DNA of 64,000 nucleotides, from contig CBDCKN010000012.1 in NCBI GenBank assembly GCA_965218295.1, forward strand, positions 128,001 through 192,000, read 5' to 3'. Positions 10,861 to 20,468 of the stretch are shown piece by piece (the stretch's first letter is position 1; every line of letters begins with the position of its first letter). A program made the position numbers and the translations under genes. Source of the DNA: Longimicrobiales bacterium (lineage in GTDB: Bacteria; Gemmatimonadota; Gemmatimonadetes; Longimicrobiales; Gaopeijiaceae). Under the pieces are notes generated by a model. The model was not told the DNA's origin. It saw only the letters and a list, made by a program, of their open reading frames with translations, and did no database searches.

Positions 10861-11307
10861 ATGGACGAGGCGCAGCAGAGCCGAGCGGACGATCTCTTCG
10901 AAGAGACGCTGATGCGATCGAACGCCAAGGACCCCCGGGGGTTCTACCGGGAGCGCCTGCGGGAGATGAAGGCCACGGATCCGGACGCATACCGCGAGGC
11001 CGTCGAATACTACCAGGAGGAGCTGATCCCCTCCATCGCCGAAAAGGGGGCCGATCCTCTGTCGGCCTGGCAGGAGTACGGGTGCCGCCTCGCCGAGCTA
11101 AGCAGTCCTGGCAAGCCGGTGGAGGTGGACGTAACCGGACGGGCCCACCGATACCAGCCGCCGACTCCTCAGGACCGTATGATCCTTCACATCCCGGAGG
11201 GTAGTAAGGGTCGAGCGCTGGTGGTGGGGCTGCCAGCGGAGTTGTCATCCGCCCAGCGGGCCACGTACGAGCTACTCGTCGCGGGACGCCAGCGGTTACG
11301 TGAGTAG
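10861..11307 (+). CDS. Hypothetical protein
   Basis: ATG at MDEAQQ; GC3-rich, protein-like composition. Confidence 0.7.
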   Translation: MDEAQQSRADDLFEETLMRSNAKDPRGFYRERLREMKATDPDAYREAVEYYQEELIPSIAEKGADPLSAWQEYGCRLAELSSPGKPVEVDVTGRAHRYQPPTPQDRMILHIPEGSKGRALVVGLPAELSSAQRATYELLVAGRQRLRE

Positions 11308-11329
11308 TCGTGTGAGTAAAGGAGAACCG

Positions 11330-11614
11330 ATGCCGCATGAAAGACGAGTGAGGACGCCCATCAACATGGTTTGGGCCCCACGTCCGGGCTGGGCTACCGT
11401 CCGGCTCGTGGGTACGTGTGCTGACCGGACCCTACGCCGCGGTCAGATCGTTCTCCACACGCCCAGCGACGAGTACGACATACCGGGCCAGGATGAAGGA
11501 CTGTCGCCCGGCACGCTGGTGATCATCCTCCACGAGGCGGCTCGGCTCGTGGAGGACGATCTGCATCTGGTCCCCGAGCACGCCGTCGTGGCCATCGGCG
11601 AGCCGCTGCCCTAG
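11330..11614 (+). CDS. Small hypothetical protein, possible GroES-like fold
   Basis: AAGGAG RBS; residue pattern parallels Cpn10 beta-strands. Confidence 0.6.
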   Translation: MPHERRVRTPINMVWAPRPGWATVRLVGTCADRTLRRGQIVLHTPSDEYDIPGQDEGLSPGTLVIILHEAARLVEDDLHLVPEHAVVAIGEPLP

Positions 11615-11617
11615 GGG

Positions 11618-13441
11618 CTACTCGGCCGGATCCTCCACCAGGTAGGCCACTCCCCACGCTCCTGTCCCCAGGTGCGTTGAGATTACCGGGGTAGCTGGTG
11701 CGCTCAGGATCTCCACGTCTCCGTACCTCTCGATCAGCCTCTCCCGAACCTCGGGGACGATGTCGGGAGCCCCCACGTGCACGATGCCGAAGCGGACCTT
11801 CTCGGGCTCCGCCCCCATGTCCTCGGCCATGACGTCCAGGAGTTCAGTCATGACCCGCGTGCGTCCGATGGCCTTCCCCCTCGGGAGCACCTTGCCCGCG
11901 CGGTCCAGGCCGAGAATGGGCTTCACGTTCAGGAGCGTCCCGAGGAGGGCCTTCCCCCTCCCCACCCGTCCCGATGCCAACAGCCGGTCGAAGGTCTCCA
12001 CCGTGAAGAGGATGCCGGATTGCGCGCGGATACGATCGAGCTCACCGACGATCTCGTCGGGCCCATGGCCCATCTCGGCCAGCTCCGTCGCCTTCAGCAC
12101 GAGGAGCCCTTGCAGGAGGGAGGCTCCCAGAGAGTCCATGAGCCGGACCGCCAAGGCGTCCTCCATGGAGATCGCCGCCTCCGCGGACGTGAACGTTCCC
12201 GAGAGGCTCGAGCCCAGGATTACGCCCACCACCTGCTCGGCGTCCTCGGCGGCCCTCTTGAACCCCTCCAGGAACGCACCCGGCGGCGGCTGCGAGGTGG
12301 TCGGCAGAGCCTCCTGCATGGAGAGCATCTCGTGAAACTGCTCTGCCGTCACATCGACACCATCCCGGTAGACCGTATCCCCCGCCACGAGCATGAGGGG
12401 GACCACCTGGATGCCGTGAGCCCGAATGATCTCCTCGGAAAGGTCCGCGGCGCTGTCGGTGACGATCCCAACCGGACGGCGAGTCAGGGAAAGATGTGAC
12501 GTGGCAGAGCGCCCCACAGCAGCGTGCTGAGCCTTCATGTCCTCCGCCTTGTGGGTCACCAGGTTGCCCAGGCCCTTCAGGTAGGCGAACACGTTCTGGG
12601 GATCGTCCGTGTGGATGTGCAGCTTGAGGACGTCGCCGGAGCGGATCACGATCAACGAGTCGCCGCGCCCGCGCAGCCGCTCGCGCACCTCCCGCTGCGT
12701 GGGCATGCGGTTCCCACGTACGAGGGCTTCAGTGCAGAAGCGGTACCGCTCTTCCCGATCAGGGTACTCCACCATGGCCACGGCGGGGGGGCTGGCCGCG
12801 AAATCCCCGGTGGCCTTGGCCGTCAGCGGATCTCCATGGAGGAAGAGAACCACGCCCTCCAGAAGGCTCACGAATCCCTTGGCGCCTGCGTCCACTACGC
12901 CGGCGGACTTGAGCACTGGAAGGAGCTCGGGGGTCCGCGCCAGAGAGTGCTGGGCCTTTTCCAGCATGTGCTCCATCAGTGGAGCGATATCGGCCATGTG
13001 AGCCCGGGAGACGGCCTCGGCCGTCTCGCGCATGACGGTGAGTATGGTTCCCTCCACCGGTTGTTCGATGGCCGCATAAAGATTCTCTACCCCGGCCGAG
13101 AGCGCGATACCGAACTCTCCCGCATCGACGCGCTGGCGATGCTCCAGTCCACCGGCGAAACCGAGAAGGAAGTGGGACAGCATCATACCGCAGTTGCCGC
13201 GGGCACCCAGAACCGCGGCGTCTGCCGCCTCCTGAGCTACGATGCCTACGGCACGGTGCGTGCTCCGCTCCAGATAGTCCACGATGGCCTGAACCGTGAG
13301 AGCGAGGTTGGTTCCCGTATCTCCATCCGGAACCGGAAAGACGTTGATTCGGTTGAGCTCACCGCGCTGCTGCTGTGCCCATTGGCACGCCGCCACGAGC
13401 GCCCTTCGCAGGCGTGGACCATCGATGTAGCCGATCTGCAT
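11618..13441 (-). CDS. DAK2 (FakA)-DegV (FakB) fusion, fatty acid kinase-like
   Basis: INVFPVPDGDTGTN and GVVDAGA (DAK2); IVTDSAADL, TTSQP, SSLSGT (DegV). Confidence 0.9.
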   Translation of the reverse strand: MQIGYIDGPRLRRALVAACQWAQQQRGELNRINVFPVPDGDTGTNLALTVQAIVDYLERSTHRAVGIVAQEAADAAVLGARGNCGMMLSHFLLGFAGGLEHRQRVDAGEFGIALSAGVENLYAAIEQPVEGTILTVMRETAEAVSRAHMADIAPLMEHMLEKAQHSLARTPELLPVLKSAGVVDAGAKGFVSLLEGVVLFLHGDPLTAKATGDFAASPPAVAMVEYPDREERYRFCTEALVRGNRMPTQREVRERLRGRGDSLIVIRSGDVLKLHIHTDDPQNVFAYLKGLGNLVTHKAEDMKAQHAAVGRSATSHLSLTRRPVGIVTDSAADLSEEIIRAHGIQVVPLMLVAGDTVYRDGVDVTAEQFHEMLSMQEALPTTSQPPPGAFLEGFKRAAEDAEQVVGVILGSSLSGTFTSAEAAISMEDALAVRLMDSLGASLLQGLLVLKATELAEMGHGPDEIVGELDRIRAQSGILFTVETFDRLLASGRVGRGKALLGTLLNVKPILGLDRAGKVLPRGKAIGRTRVMTELLDVMAEDMGAEPEKVRFGIVHVGAPDIVPEVRERLIERYGDVEILSAPATPVISTHLGTGAWGVAYLVEDPAE

Positions 13442-13599
13442 CGAGCAAAGATCGAGAGCGCCCTCGACCCGCGCAACGCGGCCCGCCCAGGAAGCGATGC
13501 GTGCGCCGTCCGGAGTCGCCATATTGCGAGTGTTCCGAGACACTTTGGTAACGGGACACTAGATCTTCAAGCAGCATTCCACGACGCCATGGAAGAGAG

Positions 13600-14895
13600 G
13601 TGGAGGATCCCTTGAGCGATTCCTCGACTCACTGGCTCGCGATGATCGCGCTGCGCGCGGGCCTCGGAGACGCCATGGACTCGGGCGTGTCCGATGAGAT
13701 TTCGGTGGAGAGGGCATGGCCCTGGGTAGCGGACTTCCTCGGGATCACGCAGGAGCAGCTCGCAAAGGGGGTCGGTGAGGCCCTTCGCTTACCCACGGCG
13801 GACCTGGCCAACGCGGACCCCTCTGCCCTCGCGTTCCTGCCCAAGGAGGAGGCCGATCGGCTCCGTGTGCTCCCCATCCAGGCCAGCGACCGCGAGCTGG
13901 TCGTGGCGACCTCCGATCCTCTCGACTTCGAGGCGGAGCGTGAAGTGGCTTTTCTCTCCAGCCGCCGCACCGTGTTCGAGGTGGCACCGCCGGACGAGCT
14001 AACGGCGGCCCGGGAGAAGGCCTACGAAGAGGCCACCGCCAGCGCTCGCGAGACGATCGGTGGCGACCAACTCGACCAGGCCTACGACCGCGTGCAGCTG
14101 GATCCGTCGTTCGAGGGCACCGTCCCTCACCACTCCGAGTCGGTCATCAAGGTCGAGCGGCTGATCCTGTACGAGGCGTCCAAGCAGGGGGCAACCGAGG
14201 TTCACGTGGCACCCCGGGGTAGCGTGGGGCGTGTGCAGTTCGAGCTGGACGGCCAACTCAAGACCTTCGTCCGCGTTCCCCTCAAGATGATGACGGAGGT
14301 CGTGGATCGGCTGCGTACCCTAGCAGGCCTTTCGCACAGCGGGACCGAGCGGGAGTCCGGGACGATCCCCCTCCTCATCGCCGACACCAAGTATACGCTG
14401 TCCGTGCACACCGTCCCCTCCTCCGCCGGGCACCTCGTGCTGGAGCTCGAGGGCGAAGGCGCGCCGGCGCCGGCCGTACCCAAGAAGCGGGACTGGCAAC
14501 CTGCCACGACGACCGACGAAGGGCACATCCTCATCGTCGACGACGACGCCGACGGGCGCATGCTCATGCGCACGGTCCTAGAGAAGAACGGTTTCGAGGT
14601 GACTGAAGTCGACGACGGCAGCACGGCCATTCCCTTCCTCCAGGAGGCCGAGGACATCGACGGAATCCTCCTCGACCTGATGATGAAGAGCATGGACGGC
14701 CTGGAGACCCTCGAGCGTATCCGGAAGTCGATCAAGACGGCCGCGCTGCCAGTGGTGATCCTCACGGGCTCGGAAGACCCGGAAGACGAAAAGCGCCTCA
14801 TGGAAGCCGGGGCCGATGACTACCTGCACAAGCCCGTGGATCCCATCCAGCTCGTGGTCCGGATCAGGTCGGTGCTCAAGAGGGCCGGCTCCTAA
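13600..14895 (+). CDS. GspE/PilB N-terminal domains fused to a response-regulator receiver; no ATPase domain
   Basis: LVVATSDPLD (T2SSE_N), GATEVHVAP/FELDGQL (N2 domain), then REC: ILIVDDD, LLDLMM, VILTG, YLHKP. Confidence 0.75.
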   Translation: MEDPLSDSSTHWLAMIALRAGLGDAMDSGVSDEISVERAWPWVADFLGITQEQLAKGVGEALRLPTADLANADPSALAFLPKEEADRLRVLPIQASDRELVVATSDPLDFEAEREVAFLSSRRTVFEVAPPDELTAAREKAYEEATASARETIGGDQLDQAYDRVQLDPSFEGTVPHHSESVIKVERLILYEASKQGATEVHVAPRGSVGRVQFELDGQLKTFVRVPLKMMTEVVDRLRTLAGLSHSGTERESGTIPLLIADTKYTLSVHTVPSSAGHLVLELEGEGAPAPAVPKKRDWQPATTTDEGHILIVDDDADGRMLMRTVLEKNGFEVTEVDDGSTAIPFLQEAEDIDGILLDLMMKSMDGLETLERIRKSIKTAALPVVILTGSEDPEDEKRLMEAGADDYLHKPVDPIQLVVRIRSVLKRAGS

Positions 14896-15002
14896 TCCGA
14901 TCTCGCCGGCGCTCGATCATCTGTGCTCCTCGGTCACCCCGGCGAAGGGAATCCCCGTGAACTCGGCCACGTTTCGCTTCCACGTTGCCTCGCGAGAGGC
15001 GG

Positions 15003-16085
15003 TCATCGAGTACTCGGGACCCCAACTGAGGCTCGGGCCTCCACTTCCAAAAGCCTCTGCTTCCGCCAGAGGCCTCCGCCGTACCCCGTGAGCTTGCCGT
15101 CCGCACCGATGACCCGATGGCAAGGGATAAGGATGGCGATGCGGTTGTCCCCGTTGGCGCGAGCCACGGCCCGGACGGCGGTGGGGCGATCGATGTCTGA
15201 AGCGATCTCGCCATAGCTCTTGGTGGTCCCGGCGGGAATGGACCGCAAGCGCGCCCATACCTCCTGCTGGAACGACGTTCCCGGCGTCACGAGGGGAATG
15301 GTGAACTCCACCGCCTTACCGCTGAAGTACGACTCGAGCTCTTCCGCTAGCCGGTCGAACACTTCGCTCGTGCCGGGGACGAACACACAGTCCAGGTACT
15401 TCTGGAGGCGCACGAGCTGGGTCTCGAGCATCCGCCGGTCGGCGAATTCCAGAAGGCAGAGGGCGTCGTCGACGGCCCCGGCGACCATGGGGCCCAGGGG
15501 CGTGGGAATGCGGGTCACTGTCACCATTGTCGAGCTCCGCACGTCCCGGGGGGCCTGCCCCATGAACCGCTTGAAGGCCTCGTTGAACCCGCTCAGCGAT
15601 TCGTAACCCGAGCCGAAGGCAGCCCGGCTGACCCGGGACCCCTGCTGGATCTGACCCAGTGCCAATCCCAGACGGCGGATTCGGTAGTAGGCGTGGAACG
15701 TCATCCCGTGGTTCGACTGGAACCACCGCCGGACCCGCTCTGGGCTGAGCCCCCGGCTACGAAGATCCTGATCGGTCCAGCGCCGCTCCGGCTCGGCCTC
15801 GACATCGTTCATGAGACCGCCGAGCCAGCTCGGAAGCGCACCCGATGGCTCCATGGGCCGGCACCGCTTACAGGGCCGGAAGCCCGCGACAAGGGCGTCA
15901 CTGGTCGATGGAAAGAAGTCGACGTTCTCCTCGCGCGGCTTCTTGGCCGAGCATGTGGGGCGGCAGAAGACTCCGGTGGTCCGCACACCGGTGAAGAACA
16001 CCCCGTCGTAGGAGCCGTCGCGGGAGAGGAAGGCGGCGATCATCTCGCCTCGGTCGGGTAGGGCATGTGTATTCATGAATGACAA
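15003..16085 (-). CDS. ada: Bifunctional transcriptional activator / O6-methylguanine-DNA methyltransferase Ada
   Basis: Zn motifs FCRPTC and RPCKRC, AraC HTH, IPCHRV active site. Confidence 0.93.
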   Translation of the reverse strand: MSFMNTHALPDRGEMIAAFLSRDGSYDGVFFTGVRTTGVFCRPTCSAKKPREENVDFFPSTSDALVAGFRPCKRCRPMEPSGALPSWLGGLMNDVEAEPERRWTDQDLRSRGLSPERVRRWFQSNHGMTFHAYYRIRRLGLALGQIQQGSRVSRAAFGSGYESLSGFNEAFKRFMGQAPRDVRSSTMVTVTRIPTPLGPMVAGAVDDALCLLEFADRRMLETQLVRLQKYLDCVFVPGTSEVFDRLAEELESYFSGKAVEFTIPLVTPGTSFQQEVWARLRSIPAGTTKSYGEIASDIDRPTAVRAVARANGDNRIAILIPCHRVIGADGKLTGYGGGLWRKQRLLEVEARASVGVPSTR

Positions 16086-16224
16086 TCTGAGACATCGTCA
16101 CCTAGCTTTCCACCGGAGAATCGGCGTCGAATTCCCCCTGGCCATCCAACCTCCGAAAGCTCATCCTCAGTATTCCAGTGAACGGAATCAAGTCGAGGGC
16201 TCGAGGAACATGACCATTACGACC

Positions 16225-16671
16225 TTATTCTTTTATCTTTTCTATTGCTTTTCTGGCAGCCTTACGAACACGAGCGTCTGATGCATGTTTGAAAATCTCC
16301 CTCAATGATTCAACAGCCTCCTTACCACCAGTTTCTTCCAATGTCTTAATAATTAGTTCATCATCCGGCCTAGCACTCTCTTCGGCGTCGCCGGTGCCGG
16401 GCGGCGCGCCGTCGTCCAGGAGCCCTGTCAACACGTCTGCGAGAGCAGCCGTAACGGAGCCGATCGGCACGAAGAGAAGAACGCAGACGACTGTGATGAG
16501 AGCGCCGGAGTCGATCCACCTTATCAACACTGGCACGAGGAGCGCGTAGATCACTCCCGTAAAGACGAGCCCAAGCATCTGGGCTCCCGGCGTCATGAAC
16601 GTCATGAATCCTCTCGATCCGTGATTCTCAGTCATGAAGGCAAGAACGAGGCAGGGTTGACTACGGCGCAT
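16225..16671 (-). CDS. Hypothetical membrane protein with HEAT-like C-terminus
   Basis: GGGAGG RBS; two TM segments, then an AT-rich tail encoding ARVRKAARKAIEKIKE. Confidence 0.5.
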   Translation of the reverse strand: MRRSQPCLVLAFMTENHGSRGFMTFMTPGAQMLGLVFTGVIYALLVPVLIRWIDSGALITVVCVLLFVPIGSVTAALADVLTGLLDDGAPPGTGDAEESARPDDELIIKTLEETGGKEAVESLREIFKHASDARVRKAARKAIEKIKE

Positions 16672-16706
16672 GAGAACCTCCCTGAAGCACCAACGCGCAG
16701 GACACG

Positions 16707-18084
16707 GAGCTAGGATCAAAGGGTGTGTAAAAAGAGAGGCGACGTACCTTTCCGCTGAGTAATAACCAGCGAACTCCGGGTGACAGCCCGGGGGAAAGGA
16801 ACGACGCCTCGTGAGGAAGAATACGGTGGGACCCGAGGGTGAGTCCAGGACGCCCGTGTGGGAAGTTCTGGAAGAAGTGGTTCGGGAGAAGGCGCAGGAG
16901 TTCATTCAACAGATCTTGGAGGAGGAAGTCACGGAGTTGCTAGGGCGAGAGAAGTCAGAGCGCAGGAGGGTGGTGGACGCGACCGAGGGCTACCGCAACG
17001 GATACGGCAAGCCGAGGCGGCTGGCGATGAGCTCGGGCACGATCACACTCCGACGCCCTCGAGTTCGAGGCCTTGAGGAGCGGTTCGAGAGTCGGGTGCT
17101 GCCGTTGTTCGCGAGGCGGACGAAGGAGCTGGGCGCTCTGCTTCCGGAGCTGTATCTGCACGGACTGGCGGAGGGAGACTTCGAGTTGGCGATGCGGGGC
17201 CTGCTGGGCGAGGGGGCACCGCTGTCGAAGTCTTCGATTCGGCGGCTGCGGGCGGGATGGACGGCGGAGTTCGAGGAATGGAGCCAGCGTCGCCTGGAGG
17301 GTCGTGAGGTCGTCTACGTGTGGGCGGACGGGATCTATGTGAAGGCAGGGCTGGAGCGGGACAAAGCGGCGCTGCTGGTGGTGCTGGGTGCCATGCGAGA
17401 CGGGACGAAAGAGGTGTTGGCCCTGAGAGCGGGCTACCGAGAGTCGGTCGAGTCCTGGTCCGAGGTGTTGCGGGACCTGAAGGCACGCGGCATCGAGGCG
17501 CCCCGGCTTCTGATGGCGGACGGTAACGCTGCGATCTGGGGCGCAGTACGGCAGGTATGGCCTGAGGCGGGTGAGCAACGGTGCTGGAACCACAAGATGA
17601 GGAACGTGCTGGACCGACTACCTCAGCGGGAGCAGGGCGAGGCGAAGGATCTTCTCCGGGCCGTGGTCTACGCACCGAGCCGGGCCGAGGCCCTGAAGGC
17701 CCGCGAGGTGTTCGCCCGACGCTATAGGCCGTGGTATCCGAAAGCAGTGGACGTACTCGAGGACGACTGGGAGCGGATGGTAGCGTTCTACGACTTCCCC
17801 GAGGACCACTGGAAGCATCTACGCACGACGAACGTGGTCGAGAGCCCGTTCGCCGCGGTACGGCTCAGGACGACAGCAGCGAAGCGGTTCAAGCGGGTCG
17901 AGAGCGCTACGGCGCTAATCTGGAAGTTGCTCTTGGTGGCTGAGAAGCGGTTCCGAAGGCTCGACGCTCCTCACCTCCTCAAGGACGTATTTGAAGGAAG
18001 AAAGTTCGAAGACGGAAAGCCCGTCTCACACCAACAGCGGAAGAACGCCGCCTAATACGTTTACACACCTATTGACCCAACCTC
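16707..18084 (+). mobile_element. IS256-family insertion sequence (complete)
   Basis: 25-bp imperfect IRs (20/25 match, ending GGTGTGTAAA); 8-bp TSD AGGACACG at 16699-16706 and 18085-18092. Confidence 0.95.
16811..18055 (+). CDS. IS256-family transposase
   Basis: YRNGY, VWADGIY, LMADG, QRCWNHK, LRTTNVVES motifs. Confidence 0.95.
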   Translation: MRKNTVGPEGESRTPVWEVLEEVVREKAQEFIQQILEEEVTELLGREKSERRRVVDATEGYRNGYGKPRRLAMSSGTITLRRPRVRGLEERFESRVLPLFARRTKELGALLPELYLHGLAEGDFELAMRGLLGEGAPLSKSSIRRLRAGWTAEFEEWSQRRLEGREVVYVWADGIYVKAGLERDKAALLVVLGAMRDGTKEVLALRAGYRESVESWSEVLRDLKARGIEAPRLLMADGNAAIWGAVRQVWPEAGEQRCWNHKMRNVLDRLPQREQGEAKDLLRAVVYAPSRAEALKAREVFARRYRPWYPKAVDVLEDDWERMVAFYDFPEDHWKHLRTTNVVESPFAAVRLRTTAAKRFKRVESATALIWKLLLVAEKRFRRLDAPHLLKDVFEGRKFEDGKPVSHQQRKNAA

Positions 18085-18254
18085 AGGACACGGTACTAGA
18101 GTGACTGCTATGACACGGTGGATGGCCCTGCCTTCAGCAGTGAAAAGCACTGGTGGATAGTAGGGATCTACGATGCTACGCGCAGCATGTTCTCCGCTAG
18201 TGGGGAAATGCCTGATATGGGAGGGTTAGCCGGTGCGGTTATTGGGGCGTGCTC

Positions 18255-18701
18255 TCAGAATTGCTCGTGGTGTCCCTCGCCCACGTCGTCGGGTGGGGCG
18301 TCCCCCGCGCTACCCGGGATACGCTTAAAGGCTTCGCGCACGAATGCCACCACCAGAGCCCCAGTCATGCCGAGTGCGACCACCACTGTCCGTCCCTCAG
18401 AGTACTTACGCTCCTCTACAGCAGTGATATCCTCAAGAGCAATGCGTTCCCCAAGGCGTGACCCATCCGCAAACTCCATGTAGTCTGAGGAGACCAGACT
18501 GTCCTGCTCGATCCTCGGACTGTCGAGGACGTGATCGTCCCCGGCACGGTCATAAACCCTTAGTGATCCTGGTCGCTCAGCCACCAATTCGACCAGGGGT
18601 AGCTCAGAGGGTCTCCACGTGCGGCAGCCCGCCAGTAGAACGCAGGCGAAGCTGGTAGCGGCGAGTACGGGGCTCCGCAAGAGTGCGCGTATTCGTCTCA
18701 T
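18255..18701 (-). CDS. Putative lipoprotein
   Basis: Lipobox LAGC, GGAGG RBS, C-terminal hydrophobic segment. Confidence 0.65.
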   Translation of the reverse strand: MRRIRALLRSPVLAATSFACVLLAGCRTWRPSELPLVELVAERPGSLRVYDRAGDDHVLDSPRIEQDSLVSSDYMEFADGSRLGERIALEDITAVEERKYSEGRTVVVALGMTGALVVAFVREAFKRIPGSAGDAPPDDVGEGHHEQF

Positions 18702-18770
18702 GATCTCCTCCCACGCGGCGTTGCGAGCCAGGGAACCGTGGCGTGCGGGCCGGTCGGGATTCAGCGTGAC

Positions 18771-19136
18771 TTACGTCAACACGCAGGTAACCGCGAAGCT
18801 CGCGGTGGACGTCTCTCCCGCCGTCACCGTAACGGAAACGGGGTTGTCGCCATCCACCATGCAGTTCCACGCGATATCCGTCAGCTCCACGGTGTGATCG
18901 CCCGCCTCCACCTCCAAGGTGACGCTGTCTGAGACGTCGACGTCTTCGGTCTGGGCGCCATCGTCCAGATCGACGACGAATCCGTCTGGGTCGAAGGCTG
19001 GCCCTGACGTGGTAACCTCCACCACGACGGTTCCCAGCTCAGGGCCGATCGGGTTGTCGCCGCACCCCACCAGCACCAAAGCCATCACCGCAAGGGCAAA
19101 ATCCACCACCGCGAGGAGAGAATCTGTCGATTTCAT
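18771..19136 (-). CDS. Putative lipoprotein with PEGA/Ig-like domain
   Basis: Lipobox LVGC; DPDGFVVDLD and GDHTVELT beta-sandwich with a Cys pair. Confidence 0.7.
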   Translation of the reverse strand: MKSTDSLLAVVDFALAVMALVLVGCGDNPIGPELGTVVVEVTTSGPAFDPDGFVVDLDDGAQTEDVDVSDSVTLEVEAGDHTVELTDIAWNCMVDGDNPVSVTVTAGETSTASFAVTCVLT

Positions 19137-19319
19137 TGGGTACTCCGTATTTCATAGTCCTGGCTAGAAGTTCTCATCGAGCATGGAAACGAATGAGGAG
19201 CCCCGAATGTGACAGGGGGTGGGTGTTGGCATCCTTCCTGCATCTTGTGATCCCCATGTCTGGGCACGACCAACGTGCCAAGGAACCGACCAAATCAGGA
19301 TCCAGGAGCAGGAGGACCG

Positions 19320-20006
19320 ATGATCAACACGGGAACCAGGTCGCGCCTCGGCGTGGCCCTGACCTTTTTCCTTGCCGGCCTCACCGGCGCGTGCGCCCAC
19401 GTGGGCCAGGATCAATTCGACGCCGAGGTCGAGTCTCTCCGTCGCGAGATCGAAGAGGGCGACCGGGCCAACCAGCAGCGCGTGGACGACCTTGGCCGGC
19501 GCACCGACGAGCACATGGAGGAGCTCTCGGCTCGTCTGGACGGGCTGACCCAAAGTCTTTCGGAGCTCCGAGGTGAGTTCGACGTCACGGTCGAGCGGCT
19601 GGAGAGCGCCGTTCGCTTCGACGTACCGGTGTACTTCAGATTCGACAAGGCCACTCTCCGGCCCGAGGATCTTCCGGTCCTGGACCGGTTCAGCAGGGTC
19701 GTGACGGAATACTACGCCGACGTCCTCCTCACCGTGGAGGGGTTCACCGATCCCGCCGGGTCTGTGGAGTACAACCGCCGGCTCGGATTACGGCGGGCGG
19801 CGGCGGTCCGGGGATACCTGGTGGAGTCCGGCGGCTTTCAGGAGAACCGGGTCAGAGCCGTCAGCTACGGAGAGGACGTGGCCCGCCTCGTGGCGCCCGG
19901 ACAGGCGGGCCGCGACGCAGGCTGGGAGAATCGCCGAGTGGCCCTCGTCATCGAGCATCTCGGTGTGGTGAGCGATCCGGCGCCTATGACGGGAGGAGCG
20001 CGCTAG
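19320..20006 (+). CDS. OmpA-family lipoprotein
   Basis: Lipobox TGAC, coiled coil, VYFRFD, VEGFTD, LGLRRA, NRRV. Confidence 0.9.
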   Translation: MINTGTRSRLGVALTFFLAGLTGACAHVGQDQFDAEVESLRREIEEGDRANQQRVDDLGRRTDEHMEELSARLDGLTQSLSELRGEFDVTVERLESAVRFDVPVYFRFDKATLRPEDLPVLDRFSRVVTEYYADVLLTVEGFTDPAGSVEYNRRLGLRRAAAVRGYLVESGGFQENRVRAVSYGEDVARLVAPGQAGRDAGWENRRVALVIEHLGVVSDPAPMTGGAR

Positions 20007-20468
20007 CCCGACTCCTCCATGACCAGTTCCGTGGTGATGTCGATGCACCCCGCTATCGACTTGTATACGGGGCATTTCGAGTGATGGAACTCGTGCACGC
20101 GCCTGGCCGTCTGCTCGGCCTCGGCGTCTCCCACCAAACGATAGCGGACGTGGATCCGCTTGATCACGAACGCCGTCCTCATTCTCAACTTCACCTCTCA
20201 CTTCGGCCGCGAGCCGTCCGTCGCCAGCCGAGATCCCACGCGCCTCCAGCGCGCCTCCGAGGGTGCCGATCAGTCAGCCGCCGGTGGCGGCCACGACGTG
20301 ATCGAGCGTGGTGGCGAACTCCTCGTCAGGGTCGACTCTGTAGTGTTCTGCGATGGCGCCATGCACGCCGAACATCGCGGGCTCCGCCGTGGCGGGAAGG
20401 TAGGCTCGGCGCACCGGACCCTTCACGCGCTCGATCCGGATGTCCGCCGTGTAGACCACGTCACCCAT
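20003..20468 (-). pseudogene. OsmC-like selenoprotein (UGA at the catalytic position) with an additional frameshift
   Basis: MGDVV...AATGG-UGA(20276-20274)-LIGTLGGALEARG...GEVENEDGV. Frameshift at ~20169 into VIKRIHVRY...SKCPVYKSI (second OsmC Cys). Confidence 0.75.
20232..20273 (-). promoter_or_regulatory. Candidate bacterial SECIS element
   Basis: Immediately 3' of the UGA: GCGCGC-UGGAG-GCGCGU upper stem, G-containing loop 25 nt from the UGA, outer GAUC/CCC pairing. Confidence 0.55.

Noticed and set aside
18072..18102. IS256 hybrid outward promoter
   Set aside because: TTGACC is present, but the best -10 (TAGAGT) is at 19-nt spacing and no sense gene follows.
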